Source: a virus
Reading direction: 5' to 3' (one strand)
Length of the DNA: 64,000 nt
Virus record (IMG/VR): IMGVR_UViG_3300042308_001049
Span: 32,001 to 96,000 of that record
Below, in pieces: positions 7,724 through 16,093 of the stretch (its first letter is position 1; each line of letters starts with the position of its first letter). Both the position numbers and the translations under genes were made by a program. The notes beneath the pieces are model-generated. The model was not told where the DNA came from and did not search any database. It worked only from the letters and a program-made list of their open reading frames with translations.

Positions 7724-8226
7724 TGAGTTACTATTCAGAAACATCTATTAAACATCCTATTCAAAAGATTACTTATGAAGAGGCTAAACAATATATTCCC
7801 TTAAAAGAAGATTATACTGGTGTAACAGTAGATAAATGTCCATACTACACCATGACTGAAGGTGAGGACGGGTGGACTCTGGTGACATATTACACTGGGA
7901 GAAAACGAGCGAGGTATGTTAACCTAGATAAAGAATATGATTCATGGGTTTATGTTATATCTAACCCTAGCATTCCTGGTCAAATAAAAATTGGTTATAC
8001 TGATCTTACTCCTGAGAAACGAGCTCAACAATTGTCTCGATCAACAGGTGTTCCAACTCCATTTATTGTTGAATGGGCATTCCATTGTTTTAATGGGGCT
8101 CAATTGGAAGGTGAGGTTCATCGTTACTTAGAGGCATCACGTGTGTCTGGTAATAGAGAATTTTTTGATACTTCTATTAGTGAAGCTAGAGACACTATTG
8201 TTAGGTTCGGACAAAATTATCTTTAG
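7723..8226 (+). CDS. T5orf172/GIY-YIG-like domain protein
   Basis: WVYVISNPSIPGQIKIGYT...RAQQLS..TGVP.PF...REFF. Confidence 0.85.
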   Translation: MSYYSETSIKHPIQKITYEEAKQYIPLKEDYTGVTVDKCPYYTMTEGEDGWTLVTYYTGRKRARYVNLDKEYDSWVYVISNPSIPGQIKIGYTDLTPEKRAQQLSRSTGVPTPFIVEWAFHCFNGAQLEGEVHRYLEASRVSGNREFFDTSISEARDTIVRFGQNYL

Positions 8227-8282
8227 GTTTGGCTACCCAAGAATATATACATATATTTAGGTGTTAATTAAAAATTAAAGTT

Positions 8283-9467
8283 ATGAGTAAAACAAAGAAA
8301 CATGATCTGGTATCGGTAAACGTGAATGAGCTCAAAGAGTTCCTTACCCATATCATCAACAACAACCGTTACCTGCAAGAGAATGGTAAGCCATCAGTTT
8401 CAATTGAAGTTGTAGGTGAATCAGGTATTGGTAAAACATCTTCAATCATCCAGCTAGCTAATGAGTTGGATTTGCATTTTGTTAAATTGAACCTCGCACA
8501 AATTGAAGAAATTGGTGACTTGGTTGGTTTTCCAATCCGTCAATTTGAACTTACAAAAGGTTCTGATAAAGTATGGGTTGATGAGAATTTGATTAAAGAA
8601 TATCAAGATCAAGGTTTTAAATCAACTGGTTTGAACCGAATGAGTTACTGCGCACCTGAATGGATTAGTGGTAAAGAAAAAGGAGGTATTTTGCTTCTGG
8701 ATGACTGGAACCGCGCTGATATTCGTTTCATTCAAGCTGTAATGGAGCTGATTGATCGTCAACAATATATTAGCTGGACATTACCTAAAGATTGGCATAT
8801 CATTTTGACTGCTAATCCTGACACAGGTGAATATTTGGTTAATAGTATTGATAACGCACAAAAAACACGATTTATTTCAGTTAATCTAAAGTATGATGTT
8901 GACTGTTGGGGTAAATGGGCTGAAGAAAATGAAATGGATGGTCGTTGTATCAACTTCATGCTTATGCATCCTGAATTGGTTACTAAAGAGATAAACAGCC
9001 GAAGTGTTAGTATGTTCTTTAATTCTATTTCTTCACTTAAGAATTTTGAAGAGTCATTGCCTCTAATTCAAATGGTTGGAGAAGGATCAGTTGGTTCTGA
9101 GTTTAGTACTATGTTCACTATGTTTATTAATAACAAGTTGGACCGTATGATTACTCCTGAGAATATCTTGAACCAAGATGAAAAGTATGTTATGAATACT
9201 TTAAAAAGTTTAGTTGGTAAGGAAGATAAATATCGAGCAGATATTGCCTCAACACTCTCAACTCGATTGGCTAACTATTTGGATATTAAAGCTAAAACTG
9301 AGAAAATCTCAAATGAAATTATTAACCGTATCTCGGCACTGGTAAAGGAGGAAATTTTTACCACTGATATCTGTTACAATATGGTTAAGAATATCTACAA
9401 TAGTAATCCGACACAGTTCAAGATGATGATGGTAGATAAGAATTTGGTTAAATATATTATGAAATAA
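8283..9467 (+). CDS. MoxR-like AAA+ ATPase
   Basis: Walker A GESGIGKT, Walker B LLLDDWNRA, TANP. Confidence 0.85.
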   Translation: MSKTKKHDLVSVNVNELKEFLTHIINNNRYLQENGKPSVSIEVVGESGIGKTSSIIQLANELDLHFVKLNLAQIEEIGDLVGFPIRQFELTKGSDKVWVDENLIKEYQDQGFKSTGLNRMSYCAPEWISGKEKGGILLLDDWNRADIRFIQAVMELIDRQQYISWTLPKDWHIILTANPDTGEYLVNSIDNAQKTRFISVNLKYDVDCWGKWAEENEMDGRCINFMLMHPELVTKEINSRSVSMFFNSISSLKNFEESLPLIQMVGEGSVGSEFSTMFTMFINNKLDRMITPENILNQDEKYVMNTLKSLVGKEDKYRADIASTLSTRLANYLDIKAKTEKISNEIINRISALVKEEIFTTDICYNMVKNIYNSNPTQFKMMMVDKNLVKYIMK

Positions 9468-9470
9468 GTT

Positions 9471-10532
9471 ATGAGTAAGAATACATACGCTATATATTCA
9501 ATAAGAAATTACAACAATGATATCATTATATATGATTCAAGTAGCCAGACAAAAGACCCATATAAATTTAAAAGTAATTTTGCCCCACTTGTAGAGTTCG
9601 CTGGAGAGCTTCTTAAAGATAAATCACAAAAGCCTCATGGGAATGTTTATACAGCCACTACTTGCAAGATTCCACGTGATAAAATGAAGGTTTATTTTCA
9701 AGAAAATAATCTTAAGAAAACTACTCGTACTTATTTAGCTGATACTGTATTGATTGATCTAGAATCTCTTGATAAGGTTCTTAGAATATTTCCAAAACAA
9801 CATAGTTGGACTAAAGGATTTATGATCCCTTCAGAGGATGTTGTAAAGAATAGCCATCTTTTTGATATTGATCATAATAGAAACAATTCATGGTCTCAAC
9901 CATATTTTACAATACATGATCAAGTACTTAAAGGAGAACATGATGTTTTTATTAAAACATATGATGATAGAGCTACTCAAATTGTCAAATCGTCATTTCC
10001 AGAGGCTGAGAAAATTGAAATTTTAAGTTATCCAACTGGAGATCTTCTTAAAACACTTGAACTTCTAACTTTCCTTAAAAGTCACCCAAATATTACAGTA
10101 GTATTTGATACTACTTTAAATGAGGGGATGACTAATGAAGGTATTGAGATGGATGACGAGATTGAGAAACAAGTAATGCAAATGCTTAAATCTACAGATA
10201 TTAATGACACTAAAATGGCGATTGAGATTTGTAGTAACTTTGATTTAGAAAAATCATTGTTTCGTATTGCTTTTATGTTTAACAAACATAAGAATTGTTT
10301 TATTGGTAAGCAAAGTATGCTAACTAAAACTAGTTACAAACAAATTGATGCTTATATTCGTAGTAAAGGTATTGGTTGGATGAGTGATCGAGATACATTC
10401 TTAAGTGATATGTTTGTACTTTATAAGGATGATGAAAAAATTACTCCAATTATTAAACGACACATCCAGGACTATCTTCAATCTCAACTTAAACATACTA
10501 AAATTAAACTAACTGACATTAGTTTGGCTTAA
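9471..10532 (+). CDS. Hypothetical protein in MoxR/vWA operon
   Basis: 353-aa ORF between the ATPase and vWA genes. Confidence 0.8.
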   Translation: MSKNTYAIYSIRNYNNDIIIYDSSSQTKDPYKFKSNFAPLVEFAGELLKDKSQKPHGNVYTATTCKIPRDKMKVYFQENNLKKTTRTYLADTVLIDLESLDKVLRIFPKQHSWTKGFMIPSEDVVKNSHLFDIDHNRNNSWSQPYFTIHDQVLKGEHDVFIKTYDDRATQIVKSSFPEAEKIEILSYPTGDLLKTLELLTFLKSHPNITVVFDTTLNEGMTNEGIEMDDEIEKQVMQMLKSTDINDTKMAIEICSNFDLEKSLFRIAFMFNKHKNCFIGKQSMLTKTSYKQIDAYIRSKGIGWMSDRDTFLSDMFVLYKDDEKITPIIKRHIQDYLQSQLKHTKIKLTDISLA

Positions 10533-10571
10533 CCCAATATCTTACTTATATTTAGGTAAAAGAAATAAGTT

Positions 10572-11741
10572 ATGAATGTATATGAAGAAGTAGTTAAACA
10601 CTCAAAGAAGTTAATGTTTGACGAACCATTCTATGGGTTGATGCTCATAGCGATGAATAAGGAACTTAGTGAGCGAATTGACACTGCATGTGTTACTCGA
10701 GATAATATCAACACTAAGTTGATGGTCAATCCTGAGTTTTGGGCTACATTGGATGAGAGTACTAAAACAGGTGTTCTTAAACATGAGTTGCTCCATATCG
10801 CGTTCTTTCACCTACTTAATATGGATGGTTTTCCAGATCGTAAACTACACAACGTAGCCGCGGATTTGGAAATTAACCAGTATATTGAGGATAATTATAA
10901 AGGAGAAAAATGGGATGGTTTAGAGATTCATAAGGAACCATTTGCTAAACTTAATCTTGAACCTAAACAAGGTACTAAGTATTACTACTCAATGCTCCAG
11001 GAGGAAATTCAAAACAATCCTGAAGGTGATGTAGCCAAGTTTATGGAAGGAATGGATCCGATGCATGAGTTATGGGAAGCATTTGATGGTTTGTCTGATG
11101 CTGAAAAGAAGCTTATTGCTAAACAAATCGACCACCAACTCAAAGAAATTGCTGATCAGGTTCAAAAGAGCTGTGGTACTATACCAGGTGAGTTGAAAGA
11201 TTATGTTTTAGGTTTGTTTGAGATGGAAGAACCAGTATTGGACTGGAAAGCTTACCTACGACGTTTTAATGGTATGTCTCAAAAGATTCTTACTAAAAAG
11301 ACTCGTCGTAAACCATCTCGACGTTACCCATCTAATCCCGCCCTTAAAGTAAAGCCTAAGAAACGTACACTTGTTGCCATAGACACATCAGGTAGCGTAA
11401 ATAACGATGAATTAAAGGAGTTCTTTAATGAAATCTATCACATGTATAAAACCGGAACTGAGATTACAGTGGTTGAATGTGACGCTAAAATTCAACGAGA
11501 GTATGAATATAAAGGTAAGTTAGAAGAAATTAAGGTAGCAGGACGTGGTGGTACTGATTTTGAACCAGTGATGGTTTACCTAAAAGAACATCAAAACAAG
11601 TTTCAAAACCTAATTTATTTTACTGATGGTGAATGTAGTGCTCCTGAAACAAAACCGATGAAACCTATTTTGTGGGTTCATAGTTCACGTTCACCTATCA
11701 ATGAAGAACTCCCAGGAGCTAAAATTAAAATTACCCGATAA
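10572..11741 (+). CDS. Metallopeptidase-like + vWA domain protein (DUF2201-like)
   Basis: HELLH, NVAADLEIN, MIDAS DTSGS, GRGGTDF, FTDG. Confidence 0.88.
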   Translation: MNVYEEVVKHSKKLMFDEPFYGLMLIAMNKELSERIDTACVTRDNINTKLMVNPEFWATLDESTKTGVLKHELLHIAFFHLLNMDGFPDRKLHNVAADLEINQYIEDNYKGEKWDGLEIHKEPFAKLNLEPKQGTKYYYSMLQEEIQNNPEGDVAKFMEGMDPMHELWEAFDGLSDAEKKLIAKQIDHQLKEIADQVQKSCGTIPGELKDYVLGLFEMEEPVLDWKAYLRRFNGMSQKILTKKTRRKPSRRYPSNPALKVKPKKRTLVAIDTSGSVNNDELKEFFNEIYHMYKTGTEITVVECDAKIQREYEYKGKLEEIKVAGRGGTDFEPVMVYLKEHQNKFQNLIYFTDGECSAPETKPMKPILWVHSSRSPINEELPGAKIKITR

Positions 11742-12526
11742 TGGCATCGAAAATTTCATTAAATAATCCTAATCCATGGAAACAACCTCTAGATGTGATT
11801 CCACTACCCTCTAATATTGAGGAAATTGTATATCCACTATTGGGTATGTGTAATAAGTTGGTTTTAGGTGGTAGTTTAGGGCTGTATGTTATGGACATTA
11901 TGGAATACAATTTTAATAAGCGTAAACCTGATATTGACTTTTCCTTAACTGAGCCTTTAACAGTTGAAGAACTTAATACTATTAAGGATTTCTTCCAGTT
12001 GGGGTTTGTATTAGGAAATAATGACTATGATTTTGAATCAGTTCAGGCTAGTCCTACTGGAGATAAAATAATAAAAACAAAATCAGCAGAACACTTCTTA
12101 ACTAAAGAACTTATCCAACTTTCGAAGTTGGATGAGAAGGGAAATGTTCTATATACTATTGACTTCTTTAATTCACAATATATGAAGTCAAAAGATGTAG
12201 TTGAGGTGAGAATACCATTTCAAGATAACCCATCTTCTAAATTCCCACTTCGAGTAAATCACCCAGCTATCACAATCTCATACAAGGCACGATACGCTTA
12301 TGATACTCGAGTAGGTAAACAGTTTAAACACTGGGAAGATATTGAAAAGATTGATAAGAAGAAGTACTTTCAAATCATTAAAAAGATTAAAACTAAACAA
12401 GTTAAGTCTACAACAACAGATACTTCTTCTAAAGACTCTTACAAGACCAAATCATACTTTGATCCATACGATAATATGGAAACAGCTTCCTCAAGTAGTA
12501 TGAGCTGGGGTAACTTACCATTCTAA
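11741..12526 (+). CDS. Pol-beta-type nucleotidyltransferase-like protein
   Basis: LGGSLGL...PDIDF motif; KHWED near C-terminus. Confidence 0.55.
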   Translation: MASKISLNNPNPWKQPLDVIPLPSNIEEIVYPLLGMCNKLVLGGSLGLYVMDIMEYNFNKRKPDIDFSLTEPLTVEELNTIKDFFQLGFVLGNNDYDFESVQASPTGDKIIKTKSAEHFLTKELIQLSKLDEKGNVLYTIDFFNSQYMKSKDVVEVRIPFQDNPSSKFPLRVNHPAITISYKARYAYDTRVGKQFKHWEDIEKIDKKKYFQIIKKIKTKQVKSTTTDTSSKDSYKTKSYFDPYDNMETASSSSMSWGNLPF

Positions 12527-12583
12527 AGTTTGGCTACAGCGTAAATAGATGTTATATTTATATCATAGAAAAAAATAAATGTT

Positions 12584-12781
12584 ATGGATAAGTTTAAGCA
12601 AACGTTAGTTGAAGCAATTGAGGAGAATAAAGAAGAAATGATTTCTCCATCACGCGAATATACAGATAATGAAATCATCTGGATGCGTGGTTACACTCAG
12701 GCGCTTCAAGACATGTTAAATGACTTCACTGAGGACTATAACAAGTTCATTGAAGATCTTATTAAAGTTCAACTTAACTAA
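12584..12781 (+). CDS. Hypothetical protein
   Basis: ORF track; promoter at about 12529. Confidence 0.75.
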   Translation: MDKFKQTLVEAIEENKEEMISPSREYTDNEIIWMRGYTQALQDMLNDFTEDYNKFIEDLIKVQLN

Positions 12782-12796
12782 TATTTATATTTTATT

Positions 12797-12876
12797 GCAC
12801 CCGTGGTGAAACAGGTAGACACAAGGGACTTAAAATCCCTCGCGCAAGCATGCCGGTTCGATTCCGGCCGGGTGTA
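12797..12876 (+). tRNA. trnL: tRNA-Leu(TAA)
   Basis: AGGGA-CTTAAAA-TCCCT arm, long variable arm, GGTTCGATTCC. Confidence 0.93.
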
Positions 12877-12881
12877 CAAAG

Positions 12882-12941
12882 AAGGGGAGACTAAGGTTTC
12901 CGGCTACAAGTTGTTCGCGACAATAAGGTAGGTAGCCCCTT
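12882..12941 (+). ncRNA. Small structured element between tRNAs
   Basis: AAGG/CCTT closure, GGAGAC/GTTTCC, GGCTAC/GTAGCC and TTGT/ACAA helices. Confidence 0.45.
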
Positions 12942-12948
12942 AAAACAT

Positions 12949-13022
12949 GGTCCGGTAGCTCAGTTGGATAGAGCATCGCACTTCTAATGCGACGGTCGAA
13001 GGTTCGAATCCTTCTCGGATCA
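12949..13022 (+). tRNA. trnR: tRNA-Arg(TCT)
   Basis: TCGCA-CTTCTAA-TGCGA arm; canonical D and T arms. Confidence 0.95.
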
Positions 13023-13030
13023 CTAAATAC

Positions 13031-13107
13031 TGGCAAGTATCTCCTCAAGCTTATACCTTGTAGAAAGAGTAACTGGTCACATGAGGGTTCGAGTCCCTTC
13101 TTGCCAA
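13031..13107 (+). ncRNA. Non-canonical tRNA-like RNA with TAT (Ile) anticodon loop and no normal D arm
   Basis: Acceptor TGGCAAG/CTTGCCA; T arm GAGGG-TTCGAGT-CCCTT; CAAG-CTTATAC-CTTG arm. Confidence 0.65.
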
Positions 13108-13108
13108 C

Positions 13109-13233
13109 AGAGAGAGGTAGTGAAGCTGTAGTTGGGAGGTAGAGTGTATTAGTTACTGAAAAAGGGTTTATAGTAGGTAGGCGTCACTTATTGCACTCAA
13201 CCAGAAACCCTGAAAGACCCGAAACCTCTCTTT
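13109..13233 (+). ncRNA. Putative pseudoknotted ncRNA
   Basis: AGAGAGGT/ACCTCTCT closure; crossing helices 13142-53/13186-98 and 13163-69/13205-11. Confidence 0.5.
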
Positions 13234-13236
13234 AAA

Positions 13237-13322
13237 GGAAGGTTACTCAAGTGGCCTAAGAGGATGGTTTGCTAAACCATTAGGGTGTAACAGCCGCGAG
13301 GGTTCGAATCCCTCACCTTCCG
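13237..13322 (+). tRNA. trnS: tRNA-Ser(GCT)
   Basis: ATGGT-TTGCTAA-ACCAT arm; long variable arm; G73. Confidence 0.93.
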
Positions 13323-13339
13323 CATAATACCACGTTATA

Positions 13340-13801
13340 ATGAACTCAATATTCCGAAGCGGCACAACTCATAAACCAATACAGTTAGTACCTTATCTAC
13401 TGGATTACATACGAAATAATCCAGAGACAAAAATATATGTTGGTTCTGACTCTCAAAACCGTGGTCCTGAAACTGTTTACTGCACAGCAGTAGTACTCCG
13501 ATATAGAAGCAGAGGTTGTCATGTTTTGTACCACAAAACAAAAGTACCAATTGTTAGAGATTTTTGGTCGCGTTTATGGAAAGAAACAGAATTGTCAATC
13601 GAAGCTGCTCTATTCATTACAGAAAATAGCCCACTTAAAATCGAATCAATCGATCTGGATTTTAACGACGATGAATATAAAGCATCTAACAAACTTGTAG
13701 CAGCATCAAAGGGTTGGGTGCAAGCAACTGGCTTTAGAAGTACTACAAAACCAGCTCTTCAAATCGCGACAAGAGCTGCCGACCATATTATACGGACTTA
13801 A
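13340..13801 (+). CDS. YkuK-family RNase H-like protein
   Basis: IYVGSDSQ, RLWKE, IDLDFN, AADH motifs. Confidence 0.8.
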   Translation: MNSIFRSGTTHKPIQLVPYLLDYIRNNPETKIYVGSDSQNRGPETVYCTAVVLRYRSRGCHVLYHKTKVPIVRDFWSRLWKETELSIEAALFITENSPLKIESIDLDFNDDEYKASNKLVAASKGWVQATGFRSTTKPALQIATRAADHIIRT

Positions 13802-13885
13802 CAAACAAATTTGGTTATCCAAAATATTGTTCGTATATTTATATAGTTGAAAAAGCAACATGTTATTTGACATATTGGTAAAAAT

Positions 13886-13965
13886 GCCGAAGTGGTGGAA
13901 TGGTAGACACGCTGGTCTTAGGAACCAGTGCCTAGTGTGTGTGGGTTCGAGTCCCACCTTCGGTA
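13886..13965 (+). tRNA. trnL: tRNA-Leu(TAG)
   Basis: CTGGT-CTTAGGA-ACCAG arm. Confidence 0.93.
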
Positions 13966-13973
13966 CATAAATT

Positions 13974-14045
13974 GCTCTTGTAGCGCAGCGGTAGCGCAGT
14001 TGACTGTTAATCAATTGGTCGTTGGTTCGAATCCAGCCAGGAGCG
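13974..14045 (+). tRNA. trnN: tRNA-Asn(GTT)
   Basis: GTTGA-CTGTTAA-TCAAT arm. Confidence 0.93.
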
Positions 14046-14052
14046 CAAATAT

Positions 14053-14124
14053 TGTGGGATAGAGCAGAGGTAGCTCGCAAGGCTCATAACCTTGAGGTCG
14101 GGGGTTCGATTCCCTCTCCCGCTA
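14053..14124 (+). tRNA. trnM: tRNA-Met(CAT), initiator-like
   Basis: CAAGG-CTCATAA-CCTTG arm; unpaired 1:72 position. Confidence 0.85.
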
Positions 14125-14129
14125 CAAAT

Positions 14130-14206
14130 AGTCAGGTGGGCGTAATGAGGCATTGGTGGCCGAATCCTATATGGTTGCTTCCCCGGTTCGAGTCCGGCCC
14201 TGACTA
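14130..14206 (+). ncRNA. tRNA-like element (acceptor stem and T arm only)
   Basis: AGTCAGG/CCTGACT and CCGG-TTCGAGT-CCGG; no recognisable anticodon arm. Confidence 0.6.
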
Positions 14207-14218
14207 CAATAATTACAA

Positions 14219-14306
14219 GGAGGTTTGGCAGAGCGGTCGAATGCGGCAGTCTTGAAAACTGTTGACTGTAACAGGTCCCGGGGTTCGAATCCCTGAGCCT
14301 CCGCCA
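14219..14306 (+). tRNA. trnS: tRNA-Ser(TGA)
   Basis: GCAGT-CTTGAAA-ACTGT arm; encoded GCCA end. Confidence 0.95.
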
Positions 14307-14379
14307 CGAGATGTAGCGCAGTTGGTAGCGCACCTGGTTTGGGACCAGGGGGTCGCAGGTTCGAACCCTGTCATCTCGA
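14307..14379 (+). tRNA. trnP: tRNA-Pro(TGG)
   Basis: CCTGG-TTTGGGA-CCAGG arm. Confidence 0.95.
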
Positions 14380-14385
14380 CTATAT

Positions 14386-14456
14386 TACCCTCTCGTCTAA
14401 TGGCAGGACAATTGGTTTTGGTCCAATTAATTGGGGTTCGAGTCCCTGGGGGGTAA
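14386..14456 (+). tRNA. trnQ: tRNA-Gln(TTG)
   Basis: ATTGG-TTTTGGT-CCAAT arm. Confidence 0.9.
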
Positions 14457-14462
14457 CAAAAT

Positions 14463-14544
14463 TGGAAGGTGGGTGAGTGGTTAAAACCGGCAGACTGTAA
14501 ATCTGCTCCCATTGGGTACGGCGGTTCGAATCCGTCCCTTCCAA
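14463..14544 (+). tRNA. trnY: tRNA-Tyr(GTA)
   Basis: GCAGA-CTGTAAA-TCTGC arm; long variable arm. Confidence 0.92.
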
Positions 14545-14549
14545 CAACT

Positions 14550-14623
14550 GGACCTTTAGCTCAGTCGGTTAGAGCAGTTGACTCATAATCAATTGGTCGG
14601 GGGTTCGAGCCCCTCAAGGTCCA
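14550..14623 (+). tRNA. tRNA-CAT, probably Ile2 (lysidine type)
   Basis: GGACCTTTAGCTCAG...GACTCATAATC resembles bacterial Ile2 tRNAs. Confidence 0.85.
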
Positions 14624-14696
14624 CAAAATAAAGTTTGGCCCAGTCAGATTTTATTTATATATTTATATCATTAAATAATTAATTAACAAAAACAAA

Positions 14697-14843
14697 ATGA
14701 AAAAAGCATTTTTCGCAATCGCAATCGCTGCTGTAGCTGTAGCTTGTTCCAACGAAGCAGCAACTACTGAATCAACCACAGTAGACACTCTTGTAGTATC
14801 TACCGATACCACAGTTACAGCTGACACTACAGTAGCAGAATAA
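14697..14843 (+). CDS. 48-aa Thr-rich lipoprotein
   Basis: MKKAFFAIAIAAVAVA-C lipobox; own promoter at about 14634. Confidence 0.8.
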   Translation: MKKAFFAIAIAAVAVACSNEAATTESTTVDTLVVSTDTTVTADTTVAE

Positions 14844-14919
14844 TACTGAGTCTAGCCTGAAAAACGACCTCCTCCAGGTTCTTTGAGAACGTATGCTTGA
14901 AGTTTTGTAAGGGAGATTT

Positions 14920-14992
14920 GCCTCAATAGCTCAGTTGGTAGAGCCACTGATTTGTAATCAGTAGGTCGCTGGTTCAAGTCCGGCTTGAGGCT
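14920..14992 (+). tRNA. trnT: tRNA-Thr(TGT)
   Basis: ACTGA-TTTGTAA-TCAGT arm. Confidence 0.93.
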
Positions 14993-14994
14993 CA

Positions 14995-15289
14995 AAAGTA
15001 ATGTGGCTGAATAAAGGGTTGAGAGCTCTTAAGGCACTGGTTGAACTGCTGAAAAGCAGGAATATTGGGTCATACAGACATGTGAGGTAAAACCACCTAA
15101 ACTACAGGGTAGAATGCGCAACCTGGTAGCCTCTAGGGTCCCGTCAAGGTTATATTCATGATCTCTGCCGCGGGTGTTGGTAAGCAATCCAACCAATCGT
15201 TAACAGCAGAATTAGCTACTCTGTTGGGTTGTGGGTGAAAGGGGGCATGTCCAGGACGTATGGGTAGTCAGGATTCCCATCATTACTTT
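14995..15289 (+). ncRNA. About 295-nt structured ncRNA of unknown class
   Basis: AAAGTAATG/CATTACTTT terminal helix fills the Thr-Gly gap; several internal helices; GC-richer than its surroundings; no ORF. Confidence 0.65.
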
Positions 15290-15291
15290 AT

Positions 15292-15364
15292 GCGAAAGTA
15301 GCTCAGTTGGTAGAGCATGACCTTGCCAAGGTCAGGGTCGCCGGTTCGAATCCGGTCTTTCGCT
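15292..15364 (+). tRNA. trnG: tRNA-Gly(GCC)
   Basis: TGACC-TTGCCAA-GGTCA arm. Confidence 0.95.
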
Positions 15365-15412
15365 CTAATTTTACCTATATGTTTCTTGATCTACGCATAT
15401 ATGTATATGCAA

Positions 15413-15850
15413 ATGGATATAAATAAAATATTTAATCTATTCGATTCAACAGAATTTGATACTCCCTTAGAGCAAAAAGCTAAGGCAGCTGATGAACTTA
15501 TTTTAATTCAAGAAACCCCTATATTTTGGGTAGGGATGCTTAAAAAAATTATATTAAATAATAAAGCTTTCTACCATCAACTTAAACATCATCTTCCTGA
15601 ACAATTAATTAAAGAAATAGCTGGTTTAGATGATATAGCCGATTTAGTCACTTATTCAAGGGTGTGGTTTTATGCTTCTAAATTAAATTTAAAACGTAAA
15701 ATAGATATAGATGCTATAAAAACTTTTGCTGATGATAATTTAGTATTTGCCTTAGTTATGGCTATTAAATTCTTTGAATGTAAAGAAGAGTATGAGAAAT
15801 GTGCTCATTTAAAACAAATCCAAGATATAGTTGAGAAATTTATCAAGTAA
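15413..15850 (+). CDS. Hypothetical protein with C-terminal UVR-like motif
   Basis: EEYEKCAHLK; start moved to MDINK because the upstream ORF-track start lies inside tRNA-Gly. Confidence 0.7.
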   Translation: MDINKIFNLFDSTEFDTPLEQKAKAADELILIQETPIFWVGMLKKIILNNKAFYHQLKHHLPEQLIKEIAGLDDIADLVTYSRVWFYASKLNLKRKIDIDAIKTFADDNLVFALVMAIKFFECKEEYEKCAHLKQIQDIVEKFIK

Positions 15851-15904
15851 ACTTGATTCCAACATATATCTACATTACATTATAACCCAACAAAAATATT
15901 AAAC

Positions 15905-16078
15905 ATGAGAAATCCAGATCTAGCAGTTCAAAAACTAGAGAAACTTGAAGGCAAGTTAACCTCTATGGGTGTTTTAATTACACGCCCAACCACAACTAAA
16001 GAACAATACCAAAAACTTATTGCAGAGGCACATGATATTATCAGTGACCTTAAAATGATGGTACAACGTCAAAACTAA
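15905..16078 (+). CDS. Small coiled-coil protein, 57 aa
   Basis: MRNPDLAVQKLEKLEGKL...QRQN*. Confidence 0.7.
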   Translation: MRNPDLAVQKLEKLEGKLTSMGVLITRPTTTKEQYQKLIAEAHDIISDLKMMVQRQN

Positions 16079-16093
16079 TTTTAAATAAAAGTT

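Noticed and set aside
12877-12945. Theta/HDV-like ribozyme after tRNA-Leu
   Set aside because: Could not build the nested double pseudoknot; only simple helices found
13157-13225. Hammerhead ribozyme (CTGAAAA...stem...GAAA)
   Set aside because: Core lacks the CUGANGA G8 and no convincing stem III or cleavage triplet is present
12830-14512. ORFs overlapping tRNA genes
   Set aside because: Shadow frames of tRNAs; only 13340-13801 is accepted
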